Origin: Eledone cirrhosa
Lineage: Eukaryota
Length of the DNA: 64,000 bases
Direction of reading: 5' to 3'
Assembly (NCBI GenBank): GCA_964016885.1
Contig: OZ024743.1
Coordinates: 80,042,001-80,106,000 of the forward strand
Shown: in pieces, positions 1 through 13,760 of the stretch
How the letters are laid out: every line of letters starts with the position of its first letter
Position numbering within the stretch: position 1 is the first letter of the stretch
Translations under genes and position numbers: made by a program
Notes under the pieces: model-generated
What the model was told of the DNA's origin: nothing
What the model saw: only the letters and a program-made list of their open reading frames with translations
Database searches by the model: none

Positions 1-599
1 ACACTCTACCTACACTGGGAATATAGAGATGACAGAATCTAGTGTGACACTCTACCTACACTGGGAATATAGAGATGACAGAATCTAGTGTGACACTCTA
101 CCTACACTGGGAATATAGAGATGACAGAATCTAGTGTGACACTCTACCTACACTGGGAATATAGAGATGACAGAATCTAGTGTGACACTCTACCTCCCAA
201 CACTGGGAATATAGCGATGACAGAATCTAGTGTGACACTCTACCTACACTAGGAATATAGAGATGACAGAATCTAGTGTGACATTCTACCTACACTGGGA
301 ATATAGAGATGACAGAATCTAGTGTGACACTCTACCTACCTACACTGGGAATATAGAGATGACAGAATCTAGTGTGACATTCTACCTACACTGGGAATAT
401 AGAGATGACAGAATCTAGTGTGACACTCTACCTACATTGGGAATATAGAGATGACAGAATCTAGTGTGACACTCTACCTACCTACACTGGGAATATAGAG
501 ATGACAGAATCTAGTGTGACACTCTACCTCCCTACACTGGAAATATAGAGATGACAGAATCTAGTGTGACACTCTAGCTACACTGGGAATATAGAGATG

Positions 600-2340
600 A
601 CAGAATCTAGTGTGACACTCTACCTACACTGGGAATATAGAGATGACAGAATCTAGTGTGACACTCTACCTACACTGGGAATATAGAGATGACAGAATCT
701 AGTGTGACACTCTACCTCCCTACACTGGGAATATAGAGAAGACAGAATCTAGTGTGACACTCTACCTACACTGGGAATATAGAGATGAAAGAATCTAGTG
801 TGACACTCTACCTACACTGGGAATATAGAGATGACAGAATCTAGTGTGACACTCTACCTACCTACACTGGGAATATAAAGATGACAGAATCTAGTGTGAC
901 ACTCTACCTACACTGGGAATATAGAGATGACAGAATCTAGTGTGACACTCTACCTACACTGGGAATATAGAGATGACAGAATCTAGTGTGACACTCTACC
1001 TACACTGGGAATATAGAGATGACAGAATCTAGTGTGACACTCTACCTACACTGGGAATATAGAGATGACAGAATCTAGTGTGACACTCTACCTACACTGG
1101 GAATATAGAGATGACAGAATCTAGTGTGACACTCTACCTACATTGGGAATATAGAGATGACAGAATCTAGTGTGACACTCTACCTACACTGGGAATATAG
1201 AGATGACAGAATCTAGTGTGACACTCTACCTCCCTACACTGGGAATATAAAGATGACAGAATCTAGTGTGACACTCTACCTACACTGGGAATATAGAGAT
1301 GACAGAATCTAGTGTGAAACTCTACCTACACTGGGAATATAGAGATGACAGAATCTAGTGTGACACTCTACCTACACTGGGAATATAGAGATGACAGAAT
1401 CTAGTGTGACACTCTACCTACACTGGGAATATAGAGATGACAGAATCTAGTGTGACACTCTACCTACACTGGGAATATAGAGATGACAGAATCTAGTGTG
1501 AAACTCTACCTACACTGGGAATATAGAGATGACAGAATCTAGTGTGACACTCTACCTACACTGGGAATATAGAGATGACAGAATCTAGTGTGACACTCTA
1601 CCTACACTGGGAATATAGAGATGACAGAATCTAGTGTGACACTCTACCTACACTTGGAATATAGAGATGACAGAATCTAGTGTGACACTCTACCTACATT
1701 GGGAATATAGAGATGACAGAATCTAGTGTGACACTCTACCTACACTGGGAATATAGAGATGACAGAATCTAGTGTGACATTCTACCTACACTGGGAATAT
1801 AGAGATGACAGAATCTAGTGTGACACTCTACCTACACTGGGAATATAGAGATGACAGAATCTAGTGTGACACTCTACTTACACTGGGAATATAGAGATGA
1901 CAGAATCTAGTGTGACACTCTACCTCCCTACACTGGGAATATAGAGAAGACAGAATCTAGTGTGACACTCTACCTACACTGGGAATATAGAGATGAAAGA
2001 ATCTAGTGTGACACTCTACCTACACTGGGAATATAGAGATGACAGAATCTAGTGTGACACTCTACCTACCTACACTGGGAATATAAAGATGACAGAATCT
2101 AGTGTGACACTCTACCTACACTGGGAATATAGAGATGACAGAATCTAGTGTGACACTCTACCTACACTGGGAATATAGAGATGACAGAATCTAGTGTGAC
2201 ACTCTACCTACACTGGGAATATAGAGATGACAGAATCTAGTGTGACACTCTACCTACACTGGGAATATAGAGATGACAGAATCTAGTGTGACACTCTACC
2301 TACACTGGGAATATAGAGATGACAGAATCTAGTGTGACAC
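600..2340. repeat. Pair of ~0.5 kb duplicated blocks, offset 1208 bp
   Basis: Rare AGATGAAAGA at 783 and 1991. Each is preceded by a GAGAAGAC monomer and followed by a CTACCTAC/ATAAAG monomer. Confidence 0.75.
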
Positions 2341-3509
2341 TCTACCTACACTGGGAATATAGAGATGACAGAATCTAGTGTGACATTCTACCTACCTACA
2401 CTGGGAATATAGAGATGACAGAATCTAGTGTGACACTCTACCTACACTGGGAATATAGAGATGACAGAATCTAGTGTGACACTCTACCTACCTACACTGG
2501 GAATATAGAGATGACAGAATCTAGTGTGACACTCTACCTACACTGGGAATATAGAGATGACAGAATCTAGTGTGACACTCTACCTACCTACACTGGGAAT
2601 ATAAAGATGACAGAATCTAGTGTGACACTCTACCTACACTGGGAATAGAGAGATGACAGAATCTAGTGTGACACTCTACCTCCCTACACTGGGAATATAG
2701 AGATGACAGAATCTAGTGTGACACTCTACCTACACTGGGAATATAGAGATGACAGAATCTAGTGTGACACTCTACCTACACTGGGAATATAGAGATGACA
2801 GAATCTAGTGTGACACTCTACCTCCCTACACTGGGAATATAAAGATGACAGAATCAAATGTGACACTCTACCTACACTGGGAATATAGAGATGACAGAAT
2901 CTAGTGTGACACTCTACCTACACTGGGAATATAGAGATGACATAATCTAGTGTGACACTCTACCTACACTGGGAATATAGAGATGACAGAATCTAGTGTG
3001 ACACTCTACCTCCCTATACTGGGAATATAGAGATGACAGCATCTAGTGTGACACTCTACCTACACTAGGGAATATAGAGATGACAGAATCTAGTGTGACA
3101 CTCTACCTCCCTACACTGGGAATATAAAGATGACAGAATCTAGTGTTACACTCTACCTACACTGGGAATATAGAGATGACAGAATCTAGTGTGACACTCT
3201 ACCTACCTACACTGGGAATATAAAGATGACATAATCTAGTGTGACACTCTACCTACACTGGGAATATAGAGATGACAGAATCTAGTGTGACACTCTACCT
3301 ACACTGAGAATATAGAGATGACAGAATCTAGTGTGACACTCTACCTCCCAACACTGGGAATATAGCGATGACAGAATCTAATGTGACACTCTACCTACAC
3401 TGAGAATATAGAGATGACAGAATCTAGTGTGACACTCTACCTCCCAACACTGGGAATATAGAGATGACAGAATCTAGTGTGATACTCTACCTACACTGAG
3501 AATATAGAG

Positions 3510-6500
3510 ATGACAGAATCTAGTGTGACACTCTACCTCCCAACACTGGGAATATAGAGATGACAGAATCTAGTGTGACACTCTACCTACACTGAGAATA
3601 TAGAGATGACAGAATCTAGTGTGACATTCTACCTCACTACACTGGGAATATAGAGATGACAGCATCTAGTGTGACACTCTACCTACACTGGGAATATAGA
3701 GATGACAGAATCTAGTGTGACATTCTACCTACACTGGGAATATAGAGATTACAGAATCTAGTGTGACACTCTACCTACCTACACTGGGAATATAGAGATG
3801 ACAGAATCTAGTGTGACATTCTACCTACACTGGGAATATAGAGATGACAGAATCTAGTGTGACACTCTACCTACATTGGGAATATAGAGATGACAGAATC
3901 TAGTGTGACACTCTACCTCCCTACACTGGGAATATAGAGATGACAGAATCTAGTGTGACACTCTACCTCCCTACACTGGAAATATAGAGATGACAGAATC
4001 TAGTGTGATACTCTACCTACACTGGGAATATAGAGATGACAGAATCTAGTGTGACACTACCTCCCTACACTGGGAATATAGAGATGACAGAATCTAGTGT
4101 GACACTCTACCTACACTGGGAATATAGAGATGACAGAATCTAGTGTGACACTCTACCTCCCTACACTGGGAATATAGAGAAGACAGAATCTAGTGTGACA
4201 CTCTACCTACACTGGGAATATAGAGATGACAGAATCTAGTGTGACACTCTACCTACACTGGGAATATAGAGATGTCAGAATCTAGTGTGACACTCTACCT
4301 CCCTACACTGGGAATATAGAGAAGACAGAATCTAGTGTGACACTCTACCTACACTGGGAATATAGAGATGACAGCATCTAGTGTGACACTCTACCTACAC
4401 TGGGAATATAGAGATGACAGAATCTAGTGTGACACTCTACCTCCCTACACTGGGAATATAGAGATGACAGAATCTAGTGTGACATTCTACCTACCTACAC
4501 TGGGAATATAGAGATGACAGAATCTAGTGTGACACTCTACCTACACTGGGAATATAGAGATGACAGAATCTAGTGTGACACTCTACCTACACTGGGAATA
4601 TAGAGATGACAGAATCTAGTGTGACACTCTACCTACACTGGGAATATAGAGATGACAGAATCTAGTGTGACACTACCTCCCTACACTGGGAATATAGAGA
4701 TGACAGAATCTAGTGTGACACTCTACCTACACTGGGAATATAGAGATGACAGAATCTAGTGTGACACTCTACCTACACTGGGAATATAAAGATGACAGAA
4801 TCTAGTGTGACACTCTACCTACACTGGGAATATAGAGATGACAGAATCTAGTGTGACACTCTACCTCCCTACACTGGGAATATAGAGAAGACAGAATCTA
4901 GTGTAACACTCTACCTACACTGGGAATATAGAGATGACAGCATCTAGTGTGACACTCTACCTACACTGGGAATATAGAGATGACAGAATCTAGTGTGACA
5001 CTCTACCTACACTGGGAATATAAAGATGACAGAATCTAATGTGACACTCTACCTACACTGGGAATATAGAGATGACAGAATCTAGTGTGACACTCTACCT
5101 ACACTGGGAATATAGAGATGACGTAATCTAGTGTGACACTCTACCTACACTGGGAATATAGAGATGACAGAATCTAGTGTGACACTCTACCTCCCTACAC
5201 TGGAAATATAGAGATGACAGCATCTAGTGTGACACTCTACCTACACTGGGAATATAGAGATGACAGAATCTAGTGTGACACTCTACCTCCCTACACTGGG
5301 AATATAAAGATGACAGAATCTAGTGTTACACTCTACCTACACTGGCAATATAGAGATGACAGAATCTAGTGTGACACTCTACCTCCCTACACTGGGAATA
5401 TAAAGATGACAGAATCTAGTGTGACACTCTACCTCCCTACACTGGGAATATAAAGATGACAGAATCTAGTGTGACACTCTACCTACACTGGGAATATAGA
5501 GATGACAGAATCTAGTGTGACACTCTACCTACCTACACTGGGAATATAAAGATGACATAATCTAGTGTGACACTCTACCTACACTGGGAATATAGAGATG
5601 ACAGAATCTAGTGTGACATTCTACCTCCCTACACTGGGAATATAGAGATGGCAGAATCTAGTGTGACAATATACCTACACTGGGAATATAGAGATGACAG
5701 AATCTAGTGTGACACTCTACCTACACTGGGAATATAGAGATGACAGAATCTAGTGTGACACTCTACCTATACTGGGAATATAGAGATGACAGAATCTAGT
5801 GTGACACTCTACCTACACTGGGAATATAGAGATGACAGAATCTAGTGTGACACTCTACCTATACTGGGAATATAGAGATGACAGAATCTAGTGTGACACT
5901 CTACCTACACTGGGAATATAGAGATGACAGAATCTAGTGTGACACTACCTCCCTACACTGGGAATATAGAGATGACATAATCTAGTGTGACACTCTACCT
6001 ACACTGGGAATATAGAGATGACAGAATCTAGTGTGACACTCTACCTACACTGGGAATATAGAGATGACAGAATCTAGTGTGACACTCTACCTACACTGGG
6101 AATATAGAGATGACAGAATCTAGTGTGACACTCTACCTATACTGGGAATATAGAGATGACAGAATCTAGTGTGACACTCTACCTACACTGGGAATATAGA
6201 GATGACAGAATCTAGTGTGACACTCTACCTATACTGGGAATATAGAGATGACAGAATCTAGTGTGACACTCTACCTACACTGGGAATATAGAGATGACAG
6301 AATCTAGTGTGACACTACCTCCCTACACTGGGAATATAGAGATGACATAATCTAGTGTGACACTCTACCTACACTGGGAATATAGAGATGACAGAATCTA
6401 GTGTGACACTCTACCTACACTGGGAATATAGAGATGACAGAATCTAGTGTGACACTCTACCTACACTGGGGATATAGAGATGACAGAATCTAGTGTGACA

Positions 6501-9500
6501 CTCTACCTACACTGGGAATATAAAGATGACAGAATCTAGTGTGACACTCTACCTACACTGGGAATATAGAGATGACAGAATCTAGTGTGACACTCTACCT
6601 CCCTACACTGGGAAGATAGAGATGACAGCATCTAGTGTGACACTCTACCTACACTGGGAATATAAAGATGACAGAATCTAATGTGACACTCTACCTACAC
6701 TGGGAATATAGAGATGACAGAATCTAGTGTGACACTCTACCTACCTACACTGGGAATATAGAGATGACAGAATCTAGTGTGACACTCTACCTACACTGGG
6801 AATATAAAGATGACAGCATCTAGTGTGACACTCTACCTACACTGGGAATATAGAGATGACAGAATCTAGTGTGACACTCTACCTCCCTACACTGGGAATA
6901 TAAAGATGACAGAATCTAATGTGACACTCTACCTACACTGGGAATATAGAGATGACAGAATCTAGTGTGACACTCTACCTCCCAACACTGGGAATATAGA
7001 GATGACAGAATCTAGTGTGACACTCTACCTACACTGAGAATATAGAGATGACAGAATCTAGTGTGACATTCTACCTCACTACACTGGGAATATAGAGATG
7101 ACAGCATCTAGTGTGACACTCTACCTACACTGGGAATATAGAGATGACAGAATCTAGTGTGACATTCTACCTACACTGGGAATATAGAGATGACAGAATC
7201 TAGTGTGACACTCTACCTACCTACACTGGGAATATAGAGATGACAGAATCTAGTGTGACATTCTACCTACACTGGGAATATAGAGATGACAGAATCTAGT
7301 GTGACACTCTACCTACATTGGGAATATAGAGATGACAGAATCTAGTGTGACACTCTACCTCCCTACACTGGGAATATAGAGATGACAGAATCTAGTGTGA
7401 CACTCTACCTCCCTACACTGGAAATATAGAGATGACAGAATCTAGTGTGATACTCTACCTACACTGGGAATATAGAGATGACAGAATCTAGTGTGACACT
7501 ACCTCCCTACACTGGGAATATAGAGATGACAGAATCTAGTGTGACACTCTACCTACACTGGGAATATAGAGATGACAGAATCTAGTGTGACACTCTACCT
7601 CCCTACACTGGGAATATAGAGAAGACAGAATCTAGTGTGACACTCTACCTACACTGGGAATATAGAGATGACAGAATCTAGTGTGACACTCTACCTACAC
7701 TGGGAATATAGAGATGTCAGAATCTAGTGTGACACTCTACCTCCCTACACTGGGAATATAGAGAAGACAGAATCTAGTGTGACACTCTACCTACACTGGG
7801 AATATAGAGATGACAGCATCTAGTGTGACACTCTACCTACACTGGGAATATAGAGATGACAGAATCTAGTGTGACACTCTACCTCCCTACACTGGGAATA
7901 TAGAGATGACAGAATCTAGTGTGACATTCTACCTACCTACACTGGGAATATAGAGATGACAGAATCTAGTGTGACACTCTACCTACACTGGGAATATAGA
8001 GATGACAGAATCTAGTGTGACACTCTACCTACACTGGGAATATAGAGATGACAGAATCTAGTGTGACACTCTACCTACACTGGGAATATAGAGATGACAG
8101 AATCTAGTGTGACACTACCTCCCTACACTGGGAATATAGAGATGACAGAATCTAGTGTGACACTCTACCTACACTGGGAATATAGAGATGACAGAATCTA
8201 GTGTGACACTCTACCTACACTGGGAATATAAAGATGACAGAATCTAGTGTGACACTCTACCTACACTGGGAATATAGAGATGACAGAGTCTAGTGTGACA
8301 CTCTACCTCCCTACACTGGGAATATAGAGAAGACAGAATCTAGTGTAACACTCTACCTACACTGGGAATATAGAGATGACAGCATCTAGTGTGACACTCT
8401 ACCTACACTGGGAATATAGAGATGACAGAATCTAGTGTGACACTCTACCTACACTGGGAATATAAAGATGACAGAATCTAATGTGACACTCTACCTACAC
8501 TGGGAATATAGAGATGACAGAATCTAGTGTGACACTCTACCTACACTGGGAATATAGAGATGACGTAATCTAGTGTGACACTCTACCTACACTGGGAATA
8601 TAGAGATGACAGAATCTAGTGTGACACTCTACCTCCCTACACTGGAAATATAGAGATGACAGCATCTAGTGTGACACTCTACCTACACTGGGAATATAGA
8701 GATGACAGAATCTAGTGTGACACTCTACCTCCCTACACTGGGAATATAAAGATGACAGAATCTAGTGTTACACTCTACCTACACTGGGAATATAGAGATG
8801 ACAGAATCTAGTGTGACACTCTACCTCCCTACACTGGGAATATAAAGATGACAGAATCTAGTGTGACACTCTACCTCCCTACACTGGGAATATAAAGATG
8901 ACAGAATCTAGTGTGACACTCTACCTACACTGGGAATATAGAGATGACAGAATCTAGTGTGACACTCTACCTACCTACACTGGGAATATAAAGATGACAT
9001 AATCTAGTGTGACACTCTACCTACACTGGGAATATAGAGATGACAGTATCTAGTGTGACATTCTACCTCCCTACACTGGGAATATAGAGATGGCAGAATC
9101 TAGTGTGACACTCTACCTACACTGGGAATATAGAGATGACAGAATCTAGTGTGACACTCTACCTACACTGGGAATATAGAGATGACAGAATCTAGTGTGA
9201 CACTCTACCTATACTGGGAATATAGAGATGACAGAATCTAGTGTGACACTCTACCTACACTGGGAATATAGAGATGACAGAATCTAGTGTGACACTCTAC
9301 CTATACTGGGAATATAGAGATGACAGAATCTAGTGTGACACTCTACCTACACTGGGAATATAGAGATGACAGAATCTAGTGTGACACTACCTCCCTACAC
9401 TGGGAATATAGAGATGACATAATCTAGTGTGACACTCTACCTACACTGGGAATATAGAGATGACAGAATCTAGTGTGACACTCTACCTACACTGGGAATA

Positions 9501-10420
9501 TAGAGATGACAGAATCTAGTGTGACACTCTACCTACACTGGGAATATAGAGATGACAGAATCTAGTGTGACACTCTACCTATACTGGGAATATAGAGATG
9601 ACAGAATCTAGTGTGACACTCTACCTACACTGGGAATATAGAGATGACAGAATCTAGTGTGACACTCTACCTATACTGGGAATATAGAGATGACAGAATC
9701 TAGTGTGACACTCTACCTACACTGGGAATATAGAGATGACAGAATCTAGTGTGACACTACCTCCCTACACTGGGAATATAGAGATGACATAATCTAGTGT
9801 GACACTCTACCTACACTGGGAATATAGAGATGACAGAATCTAGTGTGACACTCTACCTACACTGGGAATATAGAGATGACAGAATCTAGTGTGACACTCT
9901 ACCTACACTGGGGATATAGAGATGACAGAATCTAGTGTGACACTCTACCTACACTGGGAATATAAAGATGACAGAATCTAGTGTGACACTCTACCTACAC
10001 TGGGAATATAGAGATGACAGAATCTAGTGTGACACTCTACCTCCCTACACTGGGAAGATAGAGATGACAGCATCTAGTGTGACACTCTACCTACACTGGG
10101 AATATAAAGATGACAGAATCTAATGTGACACTCTACCTACACTGGGAATATAGAGATGACAGAATCTAGTGTGACACTCTACCTACCTACACTGGGAATA
10201 TAGAGATGACAGAATCTAGTGTGACACTCTACCTACACTGGGAATATAAAGATGACAGCATCTAGTGTGACACTCTACCTACACTGGGAATATAGAGATG
10301 ACAGAATCTAGTGTGACACTCTACCTCCCTACACTGGGAATATAAAGATGACAGAATCTAATGTGACACTCTACCTACACTGGGAATATAGAGATGACAG
10401 AATCTAGTGTGACACTCTAC
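3510..10420. repeat. Two-copy higher-order tandem duplication, period 3442 bp
   Basis: Markers all at offset 3442: CTACCTCACT 3629/7071, GATGTC 4271/7713, ACGTAATC 5121/8563, GGAAGATAG 6611/10053. Confidence 0.93.
5720..6460. repeat. 370-bp (8-monomer) tandem duplication nested in the 3442-bp unit, also present in the second copy
   Basis: CTCTACCTAT at 5761/6131 and GACACTACCT at 5941/6311. Confidence 0.85.
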
Positions 10421-13400
10421 CTACCTACACTGGGAATATAGAGATGACAGAATCTAGTGTGACACTCTACCTCCCTACACTGGGAATATAGAGATGACAG
10501 AATCTAGTGTGACACTCTACCTCCCTACACTGGGAATATAGAGATGACAGAATCTAGTGTGACACTCTACCTCCACTGGGAATATAGAGATGACAGAATC
10601 TAGTGTGACACTCTACCTACCTACACTGGGAATATAGAGATGACAGAATCTAGTGTGACACTCTACCTCCCTACACTGGGAATATAGAGATGACAGAATC
10701 TAGTGTGACACTCTACCTCCACTGGGAATATAGAGATGACAGAATCTAGTGTGACACTCTACCTACCTACACTGGGAATATAGAGATGACAGAATCTAGT
10801 GTGACACTCTACCTCCCTACACTGGGAATATAGAGATGACAGAATCTAGTGTGACACTCTACCTCCACTGGGAATATAGAGATGACAGAATCTAGTGTGA
10901 CACTCTACCTACACTGGGAATATAGAGATGACAGAATCTAGTGTGACACTCTACCTACACTGGGAATATAGAGATGACAGAATCTAGTGTGACACTCTAC
11001 CTACCTACACTGGGAATATAAAGATGACAGCATCTAGTGTGACACTCTACCTACCTACACTGGGAATATAGAGATGACAGAATCTAGTGTGACACTCTAC
11101 CTCCCTACACTGGGAATATAAAGATGACAGAATCTAGTGTTACACTCTACCTACACTGGGAATATAGAGATGACAGAATCTAGTGTGACACTCTACCTCC
11201 CTACACTGGGAATATAAAGATGACAGAATCTAGTGTGACACTCTACCTCCCTACACTGGGAATATAAAGATGACAGAATCTAGTGTTACACTCTACCTAC
11301 ACTGGGAATATAGAGATGACAGAATCTAGTGTGACACTCTACCTCCCTACACTGGGAATATAAAGATGACAGAATCTAGTGTTACACTCTACCTACACTG
11401 GGAATATAGAGATGACAGAATCTAGTGTGACACTCTACCTCCCTACACTGGGAATATAAAGATGACAGAATCTAGTGTTACACTCTACCTACACTGGGAA
11501 TATAGAGATGACAGAATCTAGTGTGACACTCTACCTCCCTACACTGGGAATATAAAGATGACAGAATCTAGTGTGACACTCTACCTCCCTACACTGGGAA
11601 TATAGAGATGACAGAATCTAGTGTGACACTCTACCTACACTGGGAATATAGAGATGACAGAATCTAGTGTGACACTCTACCTACACTGGGAATATAGAGA
11701 TGACAGAATCTAGTGTGACACTCTACCTCCCTACACTGGGAATATAGAGATGACAGAATCTAGTGTGACACTCTACCTCCTAACACTGGGAATATAGAGA
11801 TGACAGAATCTAGTGTGACACTCTACCTACACTGGGAATATAGAGATGACAGAATCTAGTGTGACACTCTACCTACACTGGGAATATAGAGATGACAGAA
11901 TCTAGTGTGACACTCTACCTACACTGGGAATATAAAGATGACATAATCTAGTGTGACACTCTACCTACACTGGGAATATAGAGATGACAGAATCTAGTGT
12001 GACACTCTACCTACACTGGGAATATAAAGATGACATAATCTAGTGTGACACTCTACCTACACTGGGAATATAGAGATGACAGAATCTAGTGTGACACTCT
12101 ACCTACACTGAGAATATAGAGATGACATAATCTAGTGTGACACTCTACCTACACTGGGAATATAGAGATGACAGAATCTAGTGTGACATTCTACCTACCT
12201 ACACTGGGAATATAGAGATGACAGAATCTAGTGTGACACTCTACCTATACTGGGAATATAGAGATGACAGAATCTAGCGTGACACTCTACCTACACTGGG
12301 AATATAGAGATGACAGAATCTAGTGTGACACTACCTCCTTACACTGGGAATATAGAGATGACATAATCTAGTGTGACACTCTACCTACACTGGGAATATA
12401 GAGATGACAGAATCTAGTGTGACACTCTACCTACACTGGGAATATAGAGATGACAGAATCTAGTGTGACACTCTACCTACACTGGGGATATAGAGATGAC
12501 AGAATCTAGTGTGACACTCTACCTACACTGGGAATATAAAGATGACAGAATCTAGTGTGACACTCTACCTACACTGGGAATATAGAGATGACAGAATCTA
12601 GTGTGACACTCTACCTCCCTACACTGGGAAGATAGAGATGACAGCATCTAGTGTGACACTCTACCTACACTGGGAATATAAAGATGACAGAATCTAATGT
12701 GACACTCTACCTACACTGGGAATATAGAGATGACAGAATCTAGTGTGACACTCTACCTACCTACACTGGGAATATAGAGATGACAGAATCTAGTGTGACA
12801 CTCTACCTACACTGGGAATATAAAGATGACAGCATCTAGTGTGACACTCTACCTACACTGGGAATATAGAGATGACAGAATCTAGTGTGACACTCTACCT
12901 CCCTACACTGGGAATATAAAGATGACAGAATCTAATGTGACACTCTACCTACACTGGGAATATAGAGATGACAGAATCTAGTGTGACACTCTACCTACCT
13001 ACACTGGGAATATAGAGATGACAGAATCTAGTGTGACACTCTACCTCCCTACACTGGGAATATAGAGATGACAGAATCTAGTGTGACACTCTACCTCCCT
13101 ACACTGGGAATATAGAGATGACAGAATCTAGTGTGACACTCTACCTCCACTGGGAATATAGAGATGACAGAATCTAGTGTGACACTCTACCTACCTACAC
13201 TGGGAATATAGAGATGACAGAATCTAGTGTGACACTCTACCTCCCTACACTGGGAATATAGAGATGACAGAATCTAGTGTGACACTCTACCTCCACTGGG
13301 AATATAGAGATGACAGAATCTAGTGTGACACTCTACCTACCTACACTGGGAATATAGAGATGACAGAATCTAGTGTGACACTCTACCTCCCTACACTGGG

Positions 13401-13760
13401 AATATAGAGATGACAGAATCTAGTGTGACACTCTACCTCCGCTGGGAATATAGAGATGACAGAATCTAGTGTGACACTCTACCTACACTGGGAATATAGA
13501 GATGACAGAATCTAGTGTGACACTCTACCTACACTGGGAATATAGAGATGACAGAATCTAGTGTGACACTCTACCTACCTACACTGGGAATATAAAGATG
13601 ACAGCATCTAGTGTGACACTCTACCTACCTACACTGGGAATATAGAGATGACAGAATCTAGTGTGACACTCTACCTCCCTACACTGGGAATATAAAGATG
13701 ACAGAATCTAGTGTTACACTCTACCTACACTGGGAATATAGAGATGACAGAATCTAGTGT
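9750..13760. repeat. ~1.4 kb block (about 9750-11190) repeated at about 12320-13760, offset 2574 bp
   Basis: GGAAG 10053/12627, CTCCAC 10571/13145, GTGTT 11137/13711. Confidence 0.88.

Noticed and set aside
10420-10900. Nucleosome-length meaning of the 146-bp trimer, or of 4x46=184 bp (GTGAAAC at ~1313/1497)
   Set aside because: These are simple sums of monomer lengths that occur only locally, and no phased A/T-tract signal was seen; probably coincidence.
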